Of a DNA stretch of 64,000 bases, positions 18,445-28,014 are shown in pieces. Within the stretch, counting starts at the first letter, position 1. Each line of letters starts with the position of its first letter. Below the pieces are notes generated by a model that searched no databases, was not told where the DNA came from, and saw only the letters and a program-made list of their open reading frames with translations. Made by a program: the position numbers and the translations under genes. The stretch comes from an uncultured virus (IMG/VR IMGVR_UViG_3300012665_001179). Lineage: Duplodnaviria > Heunggongvirae > Uroviricota > Caudoviricetes. The stretch lies in IMG/VR virus record IMGVR_UViG_3300012665_001179; one strand, 5' to 3'.

Positions 18445-18824
18445 AACTTTTTCCTAACAGCTTCAATATGTTTACATTTTGCATGGTACTTGAAACCAAT
18501 GCAACTACAGGAGAAATGCGATTCATTTTTGACAACAATATATTCTTTGTTATTGTTAACAATTTTGAAACGTCTTATATTGGTTGTACCGCCAGATATT
18601 ATATTAATGTCAATTATATTTTTGATATTAATAATTTTCTTGGGATACTCTTTATCTGTTGTTTGAATAGTAACGTTATCTGCGCCATTCCACTTGTCAT
18701 TGGCTATGATAACACCTGTCACTTTGATAACAGAATGATCTGAATTATCAAAATAGAAATAGTTGCGAACTTTGAAAGAAAGTTCAACTACTGAATTAAT
18801 TGTCGGAATATTTACCATACACAC
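18441..18824 (-). CDS. SWIM zinc-finger protein
   Basis: FSCSCIGFKYHAKCKHI; promoter TTGACA-16-TATCAT at 18825-18852. Confidence 0.7.
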   Translation of the reverse strand: MCMVNIPTINSVVELSFKVRNYFYFDNSDHSVIKVTGVIIANDKWNGADNVTIQTTDKEYPKKIINIKNIIDINIISGGTTNIRRFKIVNNNKEYIVVKNESHFSCSCIGFKYHAKCKHIEAVRKKL

Positions 18825-18875
18825 ATGATATCAGAACCATGTAATATGTCAAGCCTGTCAAAAAGACAACATAAT

Positions 18876-19547
18876 TTAATAAAGTGAATAGGGCAATTCT
18901 CGATTGATTTTATTTACCATCTCTTGCATATAAAATTCATATTTCGGAGAGGACTTTTTCATCAACCAATAATAAAGAAAATTATAACCTAGATACTTTG
19001 GTAAAAACATATCAATGAAATGATATTCGTCATAGTTACGGCAAAATATTTTATTATAATATGGAAAAACTTTAGTCTGTAATTCTTGTTGATTTAAAAC
19101 ATCCGTGGTTGTTTTAAAGTTGGAAGAAAAATCATATATTCTTCGTTCAGATTTTATACGTATTTTCCATGGTGAAAGATTTATTTGTTGTTTAAATAAA
19201 TTAGCTGACTCTAGTGTTGGTAAAACCAGACTAACTCTAGCTTGCAAATCTCTACCATGTCCTTCACAACTACTGCATGTAAGATAACCTTTATTGACGA
19301 GAGCTTCGACCAAAGGCCAAACACCAATCTCAATTTGCGATTTAAAGTTCGGATTATAAGGACTAACTTCAGCAACCCTATAATCACCATTAGGTAAAGT
19401 AGCGTTTATTCTACCGTCACTATGTAACCAATTAGGTGTATAATTAATAGGATCAGTAATATTATTCCAACTATTATTCTCACTAATTATCTGCCTACTT
19501 TGTATTTTATATTGATAACTATAATGAGAATTTGGTACAATATTCAT
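18876..19547 (-). CDS. hypothetical protein
   Basis: LVEALVNKGYLTCSSCEGH motif. Confidence 0.6.
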   Translation of the reverse strand: MNIVPNSHYSYQYKIQSRQIISENNSWNNITDPINYTPNWLHSDGRINATLPNGDYRVAEVSPYNPNFKSQIEIGVWPLVEALVNKGYLTCSSCEGHGRDLQARVSLVLPTLESANLFKQQINLSPWKIRIKSERRIYDFSSNFKTTTDVLNQQELQTKVFPYYNKIFCRNYDEYHFIDMFLPKYLGYNFLYYWLMKKSSPKYEFYMQEMVNKINRELPYSLY

Positions 19548-19706
19548 TTACCCTTTTAGTAACTTCTGGTTTTCAGTTTCTCGGATATCTTCCTCAAATT
19601 CTGAATATTGTAACCTTTGGATTTCTTGTTGAATAAGTGCAGCTTCTTTGTTTATTTCAACCAAACGCTTCTGCAACAATTCAATAGTGCCTTGTTTATA
19701 TGACAT
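19548..19706 (-). CDS. small coiled-coil protein (not in ORF track)
   Basis: MSYKQGTIELLQKRLVEINKEAALIQQEIQRLQ...; GAGG SD. Confidence 0.55.
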   Translation of the reverse strand: MSYKQGTIELLQKRLVEINKEAALIQQEIQRLQYSEFEEDIRETENQKLLKG

Positions 19707-19848
19707 TCTCTTCCTCACGTTTCCTTAATCGATACATGGATTTATCATGTTTCTTTTGTTTAATCTTTTGTTTAGGTAGTTCTTCTTCTCTACCATTTCT
19801 GGATTTAGACTTCTGTATCTTTTCAAATTTATTACCACCCGTAATCAT
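19696..19848 (-). CDS. small basic protein (not in ORF track)
   Basis: MITGGNKFEKIQKSKSRNG...; AAGGAGG upstream. Confidence 0.5.
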   Translation of the reverse strand: MITGGNKFEKIQKSKSRNGREEELPKQKIKQKKHDKSMYRLRKREEENVI

Positions 19849-19865
19849 TTGCTGCCTTTTCCTCC

Positions 19866-20432
19866 TTAAAAAATACCGTCAGCCAATTTATAGTTTATCA
19901 TATCTGAGGCTGTTAACCAATAGTCAGATTTAGATAAAAATTTAGATTTAATTTCCGCTGGTTTGAGTTCACTAAAATCTTCAATAACACTAATCATTCT
20001 ATCGTTATTATTCTTAGATTCGATCATTCTACTTTTAAGATCATGATATCTACCTTCATAAACATCAGAATGTTGATGTATCATGATACTGGTATGTTGA
20101 CCTATCAATCTTTCTGTACCTGCAATAAAGATTAAAAATGCAGCACTCATAATTTGACCGATACCAATAGTCTTAATTGGTATTGCAGAATTATACATGA
20201 TGTCAATTAAGGCAAATGAATGGCATAAATCACCACCATTGCTATTAACATACAATGTTAACCACTCAGCATTCTTGGAAATATTTTCACTAACAATCCA
20301 CTCTATAGCCTTAGAGATATTTTCTTCTGTTATTTCGCCAGTAAGGAAATGTACAGGATTCTTCTCGATCACCGTTTCTTTCGTTTCTTCAGTTACCTTA
20401 AACTCAGCCATTTTGTTTTCCTTTTTTCTCAT
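19866..20432 (-). CDS. ClpP-like serine protease subunit
   Basis: LYVNSNGGD, G.IMSAAFLIF.AG, IMIHQ, DYWLTA.D...YKLAD (Ser-His-Asp triad); alternative start 20411. Confidence 0.85.
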   Translation of the reverse strand: MRKKENKMAEFKVTEETKETVIEKNPVHFLTGEITEENISKAIEWIVSENISKNAEWLTLYVNSNGGDLCHSFALIDIMYNSAIPIKTIGIGQIMSAAFLIFIAGTERLIGQHTSIMIHQHSDVYEGRYHDLKSRMIESKNNNDRMISVIEDFSELKPAEIKSKFLSKSDYWLTASDMINYKLADGIF

Positions 20433-21363
20433 ACCAAATATTAGCGCTCTTAATAATATCTATTATATCGTATTTTGGAGTGAATGTCAATACTTTGCCG
20501 GCAAGAGTAGCATCAGCTACCAAGCGGTCTGGATCGCCCGTTCTTCGGGGTTGAATTGAAAAATGTACATCTTTTTTTAGGTAGTCTTTTATAAGATTGA
20601 CAATTTGCAGGACACTATAACCTTGACCTGTACCTAAATTTAAGATATCGGATGATTTAGTCTTTAGTAAATGATTACCAGCAAGGACATGAGCATCGGC
20701 AACATCAGCAACATGAATATAATCCCGAATACATGTTCCATCCTCAGTGTTATAATTATCACCGTATATCTGGAAATTATTTAGGTTTTGTAATATCCGA
20801 GGAATCAGGTGAGTTTCTGGTTCGTGGTCTTCACCCATCTCACCTTCCATATCTGCACCAGCCAAATTGAAATACCTAAAAATAATATGATTTAGTTTAG
20901 AATCTGTTATGGCGGATTCAGATACGAGTTTAGTTGTACCATAAACTGAATTGTTTATTGTCAATACACTCTTTTCATTTAATTTACCATCATCAGGAAA
21001 ATAAACTGCGGCAGATGAAGAATACACGATATTCTCTATACCATGTTTCTTCATCTCATCTAATAAGGTGATAGTTCCAGCGACATTGTTTTTCCAAAAT
21101 GTAGTTGGATGCTTTTCCGATTCACCAACTTCGATTCTTCCAGCTAAATGAAATACAACGTCAATAGGCACATGTGAAAATAATGAATCTAATTTCACAC
21201 CGTCACATACATCTCCAGCTATAAAAAGATCGACATATCTATTAAGTGTGGATTTTAAATCCAGCACTATCACATACCATCCGTCTTTCTTGAGAGCCTT
21301 TGCTAAATGACTACCGAGATACCCGGACCCACCTGTGATAAGAGCCGTTCTTTTTGTTTCCAT
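20404..21363 (-). CDS. galE: UDP-glucose 4-epimerase
   Basis: TGGSGYLGSH, YSSSAAVY, YGTTK, RYFN.AGA, ETHLIP, DGTCIRDYIHV. Confidence 0.9.
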   Translation of the reverse strand: METKRTALITGGSGYLGSHLAKALKKDGWYVIVLDLKSTLNRYVDLFIAGDVCDGVKLDSLFSHVPIDVVFHLAGRIEVGESEKHPTTFWKNNVAGTITLLDEMKKHGIENIVYSSSAAVYFPDDGKLNEKSVLTINNSVYGTTKLVSESAITDSKLNHIIFRYFNLAGADMEGEMGEDHEPETHLIPRILQNLNNFQIYGDNYNTEDGTCIRDYIHVADVADAHVLAGNHLLKTKSSDILNLGTGQGYSVLQIVNLIKDYLKKDVHFSIQPRRTGDPDRLVADATLAGKVLTFTPKYDIIDIIKSANIWYEKKGKQNG

Positions 21364-22052
21364 GGAAAATTACCTTGATATTTTTGTTTATTAACTTCGT
21401 TACCTTTTTCAAAAAACTCCCAATTAACTGAATTTGGATTTCCATCTAATCGATAGTTTAATGAATGCTTAGAACTGCAACTATAATTTGTAAAGTGTTG
21501 TTTCAATGCGCCAAAGAATTGTCTATCTGCACCCCATTGACCATACCATGCTTGGCCAATACCAACTGCGACATCACGGCGTATAGCGAAACTTGAGGTG
21601 TCAATATGATTAACTTGCTCATTGAAATAAACAGGCCATTTACCTAATGATTCACAATTATCTTCACCTAGTAATTTACCCTCTTTACTGTAAATGTTCC
21701 TTAGACTATATGCCCATTGACGACCTTGTTTAATCTCTTCAACTAAAGATTCAACATGATCTGGTTCATACCAGTTATCTTCATCTAGATAACAAATAAT
21801 ATCAGCATTAACTAGGAAAGAGCAAGCAGCATATACTCTATGACCATACCAACCTTTGCCTACATTTTCTTCTAGACGAATAGTTTTTACTTTGGTAGCA
21901 TCTTCAAGTTGGTGCCAAATTTTATTTTCATGTTCTTTACCATCCATGAAAATGTAATGCGTTAAATCACTGTACGTTTGATTCTGTACGCTCTCCACGC
22001 ACTGGCTCAGAGTTTCTGATCCGATTGTCGGTGTTACTACGGCTACTTTCAT
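21303..22052 (-). CDS. GT2/GT-A glycosyltransferase
   Basis: VAVVTPT, SVQNQTY, YLDEDNW; start set at MKVAVV. Confidence 0.85.
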   Translation of the reverse strand: MKVAVVTPTIGSETLSQCVESVQNQTYSDLTHYIFMDGKEHENKIWHQLEDATKVKTIRLEENVGKGWYGHRVYAACSFLVNADIICYLDEDNWYEPDHVESLVEEIKQGRQWAYSLRNIYSKEGKLLGEDNCESLGKWPVYFNEQVNHIDTSSFAIRRDVAVGIGQAWYGQWGADRQFFGALKQHFTNYSCSSKHSLNYRLDGNPNSVNWEFFEKGNEVNKQKYQGNFPWKQKERLLSQVGPGISVVI

Positions 22053-22136
22053 CTTTATTCTTCCTAAAAATATTATCCCAATTATTATCAAACTCTTTCA
22101 TCGGAATTTCAATTGGTCTTGGTTTCGATCCTTTAC

Positions 22137-22562
22137 TCATAGATTAATATCTGGAAAAGCCTCTTTAACTATTTTGTCAGTCAGATACTTTATACCCAAA
22201 TCTTTTTTAATAATCTTAACTAAAATTTCAGCTTCTTCATGATATAATGTTTCCAATAAAACAGCAAGCAAATGCTTTTGTTTTGCCGGAGTCAATCCAT
22301 CAGGTCTAGTAGGATGACCTGAAATATACAAATACAACTTATGTGCTTCAGTTAACAAATAAGTGTAATTTAAACCCATAGGATCTTTAGAAGGTCTATA
22401 GGCAGGTACTTCAACATCAAATTTAATATACGGACTGAAAGTATAAAACAATAAATCTTTTAAAGCTTTACTTTCATGTTTACGCAATACTTTTATTTTA
22501 TCGGCTCGAGATTTTGCAGCTTCAAACTCTGCGAATATCTCATTTACCATGCTAGAACTCAT
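22137..22562 (-). CDS. conserved T4-like hypothetical protein
   Basis: LLETLYHEEAEIL...KDL, VKEAFP; downstream of rnh. Confidence 0.7.
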   Translation of the reverse strand: MSSSMVNEIFAEFEAAKSRADKIKVLRKHESKALKDLLFYTFSPYIKFDVEVPAYRPSKDPMGLNYTYLLTEAHKLYLYISGHPTRPDGLTPAKQKHLLAVLLETLYHEEAEILVKIIKKDLGIKYLTDKIVKEAFPDINL

Positions 22563-23400
22563 CGAATACCTCTATTAAGTTTTTAAGTCGGTTATTAATC
22601 ATGTAAGTCATAAAAACTTGTCTCGGTTTGATTTTAGAATCTTCGTAAGTCTGAATAACACTTTCAAACACTGAGGATGGAATCTGAGTCAAGTCAATCA
22701 TAGTTTCATTACGTTTATAATTACGTAACATTTCATCATTACAAAATTCTTCAGGTGGCGTATTAAGCCATTGAAGCATTTTTACTTCTGTAATTGGTTT
22801 TTGACGGCCACCAGTTACAAACACATCATCTTTAGTTAAGATATTAGGAACACCGTCACTTTTATCACCAGAAATAATTAATTGCTTTAATTGAATTTGT
22901 GGAAAAGGTTCTTTGATGAATTTCTTCAGAATAGGAGAAAATTGCTCAACATTTGGATATTTCTGTAATTGTGCAAAGTCTTTATCACTCGATAAAATCA
23001 TAATCTTCTGTTCGTGTGCATATCGTTGAACTAATACACCAATTACGTCATCGGCTTCTGCACCGTCAACATCAATAACCTTGTAAGGAGAATATTGTTT
23101 CAATTCATCACGTATTTTATTGAGGCATTCGAATATATTGTTCCAATCGTGACCTGATGATTCACGTGATTTCTTACGACCTGCTTTATAATGTGGAAAT
23201 ATGCCACGGCGCCAGTAATTACGGTTATCACACGCTAGAATTACTTCCGGTCCGTAAGTTTGCTTGAATTTCTTAACATAGGTTCGAATTGTGTTTAAAA
23301 TCATGTGTCGAACCAATTCCTCTTCTACTTGTGATTTAGAAGAACCGATCTGTTGCATCAAGTTTGATATTGCCACCTGATTATAGTCAAAAATAATCAT
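22552..23400 (-). CDS. rnh: RNase H (T4-type 5'-3' exonuclease)
   Basis: YWRR..FPHYKA.RK, GAEADDVIG, ILSSDKDFAQLQ, GDKSDGVPN. Confidence 0.95.
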   Translation of the reverse strand: MIIFDYNQVAISNLMQQIGSSKSQVEEELVRHMILNTIRTYVKKFKQTYGPEVILACDNRNYWRRGIFPHYKAGRKKSRESSGHDWNNIFECLNKIRDELKQYSPYKVIDVDGAEADDVIGVLVQRYAHEQKIMILSSDKDFAQLQKYPNVEQFSPILKKFIKEPFPQIQLKQLIISGDKSDGVPNILTKDDVFVTGGRQKPITEVKMLQWLNTPPEEFCNDEMLRNYKRNETMIDLTQIPSSVFESVIQTYEDSKIKPRQVFMTYMINNRLKNLIEVFDEF

Positions 23401-23451
23401 TTTATAAACCTATTTTATTTACCTGTAGTAATTATAACATTATGTGCGTTA

Positions 23452-24177
23452 TTAGTCAACCTTTTTACGCCTAGGTTTCCTTGTTTTCCTAGAATCACCT
23501 TGAATCTTCTTTCCTGCGGCAATTACACGATCACAGTAAGTTATTATTTTTTTAATTTCTGTTTTATTGAAATTGGAATACCCTTCTTTCAATATTTTAT
23601 CGGTAGTAGTCAAAACTTCAGAATACCGTTTTTTTTCTTTTTCAAAATAGGCATTTATTTTAGAGGCATGAGGAGATTTAATACCCATAGTATGCATTAT
23701 ACCGTAAGGTTCTGGAATTACCTGAAAATCACCCAAAATCATCTCATCAATTTGACCTTCTAGTTCACCGACACATTCTGAAGCTTTTTGTTTAATTCTT
23801 TCTTGAATATTGATAACATTAGAAGGTGTATCGTCAACTACAACGACAACATTTTTCGCTTTTTGTAAAAGTTCCTTCTCTTTTTCTTCAAACCAAGTTT
23901 TATGTTCTGCCGGTAACGTTCCTCCGTTAGAAATTATTCGGCAAAGAAACCCAAAAGTAGAAGGTTCTAATTTTAAAGCGCCGGAAATGTCAATTTTGTG
24001 TTTTTTCTTGAAAAAAGTTTGAGCGTATTTTTGGGAATCTTTCTTAACTTTATTTTGAGCGTACCAATTCAGCGTTTGTGTGAATTCCGACGCTTCTAAT
24101 GTAGTGGAAAACTTCGGTTCAGCGCCGGCAAACTTCTGATTAACGTCAGTTATGCGTACCATTGACGATTTCCTCAT
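23452..24177 (-). CDS. hypothetical protein
   Basis: 241 aa ORF; LNWY, NIQERI, KEGYSN, basic tail. Confidence 0.65.
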   Translation of the reverse strand: MRKSSMVRITDVNQKFAGAEPKFSTTLEASEFTQTLNWYAQNKVKKDSQKYAQTFFKKKHKIDISGALKLEPSTFGFLCRIISNGGTLPAEHKTWFEEKEKELLQKAKNVVVVVDDTPSNVINIQERIKQKASECVGELEGQIDEMILGDFQVIPEPYGIMHTMGIKSPHASKINAYFEKEKKRYSEVLTTTDKILKEGYSNFNKTEIKKIITYCDRVIAAGKKIQGDSRKTRKPRRKKVD

Positions 24178-24436
24178 AATTTAGCGACTCACCTTGTCGG
24201 ATTTCAAAAATACCGTCAGTAGTTTCTGTATGTTTCTTCGAAATTTGAATAGCCATGTTCATTGCACTTGAAAAATTATTAAAAAATGGCGCCGAATCAA
24301 AAATTTTTGCAATTTCCGAGCCATTTAAAGTCCAGTCCATCTTCTTATCATCATAGTGAGACAAAAAATTATATAATTCCGAGTTAAAAGCAACTCGAAA
24401 ACCATCTTTTGTCTTTAGAATATAAATTCCACTCAT
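24146..24436 (-). CDS. hypothetical protein
   Basis: GIYILKTKDGFRVA; TATAAATA at 24446-24453. Confidence 0.6.
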   Translation of the reverse strand: MSGIYILKTKDGFRVAFNSELYNFLSHYDDKKMDWTLNGSEIAKIFDSAPFFNNFSSAMNMAIQISKKHTETTDGIFEIRQGESLNYEEIVNGTHN

Positions 24437-24454
24437 GATGAAAGTTATTTATAC

Positions 24455-24480
24455 AAAAAAAAGAGGAGAATTCTCCTCTT
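24455..24480 (-). terminator. intrinsic terminator after tRNA pair
   Basis: AAGAGGAG AATT CTCCTCTT then T-run. Confidence 0.8.
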
Positions 24481-24492
24481 ATATTAATGTTT

Positions 24493-24566
24493 TGGCAGGG
24501 GATAGAAGAATCGAACTTCTAATAGCGGGATCAAAACCCGTTGTGATACCACTTCACCAATCCCCA
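24493..24566 (-). tRNA. tRNA-Gln(UUG)
   Basis: Cloverleaf, anticodon loop TT-TTG-AT, GTTCGATT, encoded CCA. Confidence 0.93.
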
Positions 24567-24574
24567 ACTAATTT

Positions 24575-24648
24575 TGGAGCGGGATACCAGAATCGAACTG
24601 ATAACAAAAGATTGGAAATCTCTCGTTTTACCATTAAACTAATCCCGC
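24575..24648 (-). tRNA. tRNA-Gly(UCC)
   Basis: GCGGGAT/ATCCCGC-TCCA, loop TT-TCC-AA. Confidence 0.95.
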
Positions 24649-24649
24649 A

Positions 24650-24940
24650 TTAACCTACACGTACTTCTTTTCTTTCTATTCTTTCACCTGATGGATGTAT
24701 ATACGCTAACATACCATCTGAATCTTTGTATGATACACCAGCCCAATAATAATCTTTATTTTTGAAATAAGCAATACGCTCATCGGTGTAATCATTAACA
24801 TCAACCTTAACAGTGCCTAACCATTCTTGCCAATTATCATCGGCAGCTTCAGCAATTTTTAATGCATCTGTTTCGTTTTCAGCTTCAACAACATGCATAG
24901 TACGATGAATTGAAAGCTGCTCAATAATAAATTTTTTCAT
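24650..24940 (-). CDS. hypothetical protein
   Basis: ORF in tightly packed operon. Confidence 0.6.
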   Translation of the reverse strand: MKKFIIEQLSIHRTMHVVEAENETDALKIAEAADDNWQEWLGTVKVDVNDYTDERIAYFKNKDYYWAGVSYKDSDGMLAYIHPSGERIERKEVRVG

Positions 24941-25213
24941 TTAAAAGTCCGTATCATAAGTTTTTAAAGAATCCCATCTAAAACAACGCCAACCTTTAAT
25001 ATCAAGATCGAATACTGGTAAAACAGCTTCATTAAATTTCATTCTATTTTCAGCAGATATCCAGTATTCTGAAATAATACTAGGTTTTAAGGTACATAAC
25101 ATCTCTCTAATAGTACCATCTTTCTTTTCAAAAACAATTTTAACTAAACCTTCTTTGATTAAGTCAGTCAAAAGTTCTTTGTTTTCTTCAGTTAATACAA
25201 AATTAGTTTGCAT
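24941..25213 (-). CDS. WYL-like/SH3-fold small protein
   Basis: VFEKKDGTIREMLCTL...VFDLDIKGWRCFR. Confidence 0.7.
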   Translation of the reverse strand: MQTNFVLTEENKELLTDLIKEGLVKIVFEKKDGTIREMLCTLKPSIISEYWISAENRMKFNEAVLPVFDLDIKGWRCFRWDSLKTYDTDF

Positions 25214-25505
25214 TTCTTACCCATCCTTGAATTACAGAATCTAGTTCTACTGTAGCATCTTCAATGATATATTCTTCTGCATTCTTTCTAAGAACCTCGG
25301 AAAATTCCCTACGTTCATTTTCCATATAAAGTTCTTGCAAATTAGTAAATGTGTTTTCGATAGAATCAGTCAACACATCCAAAGAATTTGCCACATCACC
25401 AGAAGAAAGCCATTGACAACTACGATTCACCGCTTTCAGCAAAGATACACATTTACCAAGTGAATCTATTTCTTCTACCATTCTTTCATTGTAACTATCA
25501 CTCAT
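25203..25505 (-). CDS. hypothetical protein
   Basis: Coupled ORF. Confidence 0.55.
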   Translation of the reverse strand: MSDSYNERMVEEIDSLGKCVSLLKAVNRSCQWLSSGDVANSLDVLTDSIENTFTNLQELYMENERREFSEVLRKNAEEYIIEDATVELDSVIQGWVRNAN

Positions 25506-25507
25506 AA

Positions 25508-25870
25508 TTAATTTCCTATCTCATTTTGTTTTAAAATTGTAACACGTTCTTCAACATTTGTCAAGTAATCTTTGATCCAATTTTTCGATTGTGCGGTACA
25601 TTTAACAATACAACCGAAAAAACCATTCTCAACTAAAGTTTTGGTGTAATATTGTGGATCTAATAATACTGCCTCAAAGTTTTCATCGAGAATTGGCAAA
25701 CCATTCAAATTTTTAAAGATCACGATATGATACAAATTATCATAATGTTCTTTTCGTTTCTTGTGTTTTTTATCATGTGAAAAATAGGAATACATTATGC
25801 CATAGTCACCATCATCATTAACTTCTGGTGTAAAATAAAATCCATCAAAATCGATTTTTTCTTTTGTCAT
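25508..25870 (-). CDS. hypothetical protein
   Basis: Coupled ORF. Confidence 0.55.
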   Translation of the reverse strand: MTKEKIDFDGFYFTPEVNDDGDYGIMYSYFSHDKKHKKRKEHYDNLYHIVIFKNLNGLPILDENFEAVLLDPQYYTKTLVENGFFGCIVKCTAQSKNWIKDYLTNVEERVTILKQNEIGN

Positions 25871-25988
25871 AGTAATGAGAGTATGAAAAAAATAATTGCA
25901 AGTAAAAATAAAAGTTCAAACATGGTGAAATTAACCTTTAATTTATAAAAAAATTCGTACTTAGTCCAGCGTTCGTGCCATGGAAGTT

Positions 25989-26186
25989 TCACATCTTACT
26001 CCTGATTTTACGGCATTCGGTTCGAACCTCAATAGGAACATCAGGTGAAAATTCTGATATATCGCATGAATAATAAATCTTAACCACATCTTTAGTCAAC
26101 ACTAGATATAGTATAAGGCAAAATATTATTCCTGAAATGAATCCAGAAATAAAGTTCATCACTAAAGTTTCTTCGTAATTATCCAT
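25989..26186 (-). CDS. small membrane protein
   Basis: TM segment then YSCDISEFSPDVP.EVR.ECR. Confidence 0.55.
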   Translation of the reverse strand: MDNYEETLVMNFISGFISGIIFCLILYLVLTKDVVKIYYSCDISEFSPDVPIEVRTECRKIRSKM

Positions 26187-26376
26187 ATCGAGTCGAAATT
26201 ATCTTTTGCATTTCTTTTACTTGTTCACGTATAAAGTGAATGTAAGTATTGCGAGCGTTATAACCAGCCATCCATATTTCACGCACTTCTTCTGGATAAT
26301 AACCGTCATTGCCATATCCATACTTTCCATAGTACCATTCTTTAAACTGTTCTTTTATCTTCTCACTATTATTCAT
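26179..26376 (-). CDS. hypothetical protein
   Basis: Coupled ORF. Confidence 0.5.
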   Translation of the reverse strand: MNNSEKIKEQFKEWYYGKYGYGNDGYYPEEVREIWMAGYNARNTYIHFIREQVKEMQKIISTRYG

Positions 26377-26771
26377 TCTCTCGTCCTTTTTGCGATTTGT
26401 TTATACCCATTCAAATCTGGATGAACCTTGTCTTTTTGCAAGCTTCTTATTGGAATAACAACATCATTATTTTCAAATGCAATTTCATAAACTATGTCCT
26501 GCACTCGTGGTTTAATTGCAGGTAAAATCCAAAACACTCTTTGTGCTTTTGCTCTATCTCGAATTATTTCGAGTTCTTTTTTAGTATCTATGTTTTTAAG
26601 ATCGTTCGAACCTAAACTAATGATAACAGTATTAGCGACCAAAGGCTTACTAGAATACGCATCATTCCATTGTGATGAATTCCAACCACTCTTAGCATAG
26701 GATACACACTCAGGTCGGACATACTTAGTTCCGACCGCAATACTATCACCAATAATTAAACATTCTAACAT
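26373..26771 (-). CDS. SGNH/GDSL-like hydrolase
   Basis: IIGDSIA, ISLGSND, DKVHP; start set at MLECL. Confidence 0.8.
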   Translation of the reverse strand: MLECLIIGDSIAVGTKYVRPECVSYAKSGWNSSQWNDAYSSKPLVANTVIISLGSNDLKNIDTKKELEIIRDRAKAQRVFWILPAIKPRVQDIVYEIAFENNDVVIPIRSLQKDKVHPDLNGYKQIAKRTRE

Positions 26772-26898
26772 CTTGGTTTTCCTTTTTACGAATAGCCTTG
26801 TTAGTTTTACGATGAGCACCGGCCTTGCGAAATAATGCCGCAACAACGAATTGATTTCTCTCCTTCAATTTTTTCGATGATTTAATAATTGTTGGCAT
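26746..26898 (-). CDS. small basic protein (not in ORF track)
   Basis: MPTIIKSSKKLKERNQFVVAALFRKAGAHRKTNKAIRKKENQ... Confidence 0.5.
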   Translation of the reverse strand: MPTIIKSSKKLKERNQFVVAALFRKAGAHRKTNKAIRKKENQDVRMFNYW

Positions 26899-27259
26899 TA
26901 TCATACCCCACTTTAATTAATTCAACTAATTCCGGATCTCTATAATCATATATATCAGGAAGTCCAAGATTGACTACACGTGTATCCAGTTCTAACTTAC
27001 CTAATAGCTTAGTAACAACTTGTGCATGTTCTGTATCAGCACAAACAACTTCATCAGCCCAAACCAAAAGCCTATCTGTTAATTCAACGATAGCCAAACG
27101 ATCATTCGTACCCGCACATCTAGTATTGAAATTATAAGGTTCTGCCGATAATGTATGAGCTATCGTAGGAGACCTCAACATGCCGGCAGTGCAAACACAG
27201 AGGACTTTTTTATAGTCCCCTTGAAATTGATTACTTAAATAACCTTTTACTTGTGTCAT
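26882..27259 (-). CDS. low-molecular-weight protein tyrosine phosphatase-like protein
   Basis: VLCVCTAGMLRSPT (CX5RS), WAD, LPDIYDY. Confidence 0.8.
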   Translation of the reverse strand: MTQVKGYLSNQFQGDYKKVLCVCTAGMLRSPTIAHTLSAEPYNFNTRCAGTNDRLAIVELTDRLLVWADEVVCADTEHAQVVTKLLGKLELDTRVVNLGLPDIYDYRDPELVELIKVGYDNANNY

Positions 27260-27423
27260 AAGGAAGCTGTATCTACCGGTTTATCAGCAAGAACAACGGT
27301 AACATCATACGATTTTTTTGCTTTGAATTTTTTTGCTGCGGCTAACTGAGCTTCATAAGAAGTTATTGCCTGAACAGTCGTTTGAAGATTTTTATAAAAA
27401 CAAACATAAGTGAAGTTTTTCAT
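27256..27423 (-). CDS. hypothetical protein
   Basis: Start set at MKNFTY; SYEAQLAAAKKFK. Confidence 0.55.
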   Translation of the reverse strand: MKNFTYVCFYKNLQTTVQAITSYEAQLAAAKKFKAKKSYDVTVVLADKPVDTASL

Positions 27424-27427
27424 AATA

Positions 27428-27688
27428 TTATCTCTTATAGAAGTGAGCATAACGATTTTCAGCACGCCAGTACCATTCATCAGGCGTACACCATTTAGCC
27501 ATAACAGCCAGATTATCTCTATCGAATTTTAATGCTTTTTTGGGAAGCCAGAATGTCATCTTAGGATTTTCTGCTACAGCAAATTGAAATGCTTTTGCAG
27601 TTTCTTTTTTGATAACAACCGATAAAGCCGTGGAAGTGAAGTTCCAGTTATTACGCCATAAAGTCACTACTTCATCTAAATCAACCAT
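27428..27688 (-). CDS. hypothetical protein
   Basis: ETAKA...FWLPKK; AGGAGG SD. Confidence 0.6.
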   Translation of the reverse strand: MVDLDEVVTLWRNNWNFTSTALSVVIKKETAKAFQFAVAENPKMTFWLPKKALKFDRDNLAVMAKWCTPDEWYWRAENRYAHFYKR

Positions 27689-27698
27689 ATCGCCTCCT

Positions 27699-27775
27699 AA
27701 TCAATCAACAGAGACCATTGTACAGTAATTGTGGTATAAGTCAAGCGGTTCGTGAAATGTTGTTTTTTTGCAACA
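27699..27775 (-). promoter_or_regulatory. early promoter cassette
   Basis: TGTTG-N8-CAACA (27758-27775), TTGACT-16-TACAAT, leader TCTGTTGATTGATT. Confidence 0.75.
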
Positions 27776-27804
27776 ACTGGTGGAAGTGTTATCTTTTTGA
27801 CAAC

Positions 27805-28014
27805 TTATTGGTCGGTAACTTCTTGGAAAATGATGGTGTGGGTCATTGCAAAATTGTAAAGTTCATATGCTTTCCAAGAACCAAGGCCACATAACATAAT
27901 GACAACTGCACCCACGATAGCCATGATAAGACTTTTTATTCCAGAAAAAGCTCCACCAAGATTCAGTGCAGATAGAGATTTTAAGATATTAATAATTTCT
28001 TTTAACTTATCCAT
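27805..28014 (-). CDS. small membrane protein
   Basis: Hydrophobic core. Confidence 0.5.
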   Translation of the reverse strand: MDKLKEIINILKSLSALNLGGAFSGIKSLIMAIVGAVVIMLCGLGSWKAYELYNFAMTHTIIFQEVTDQ

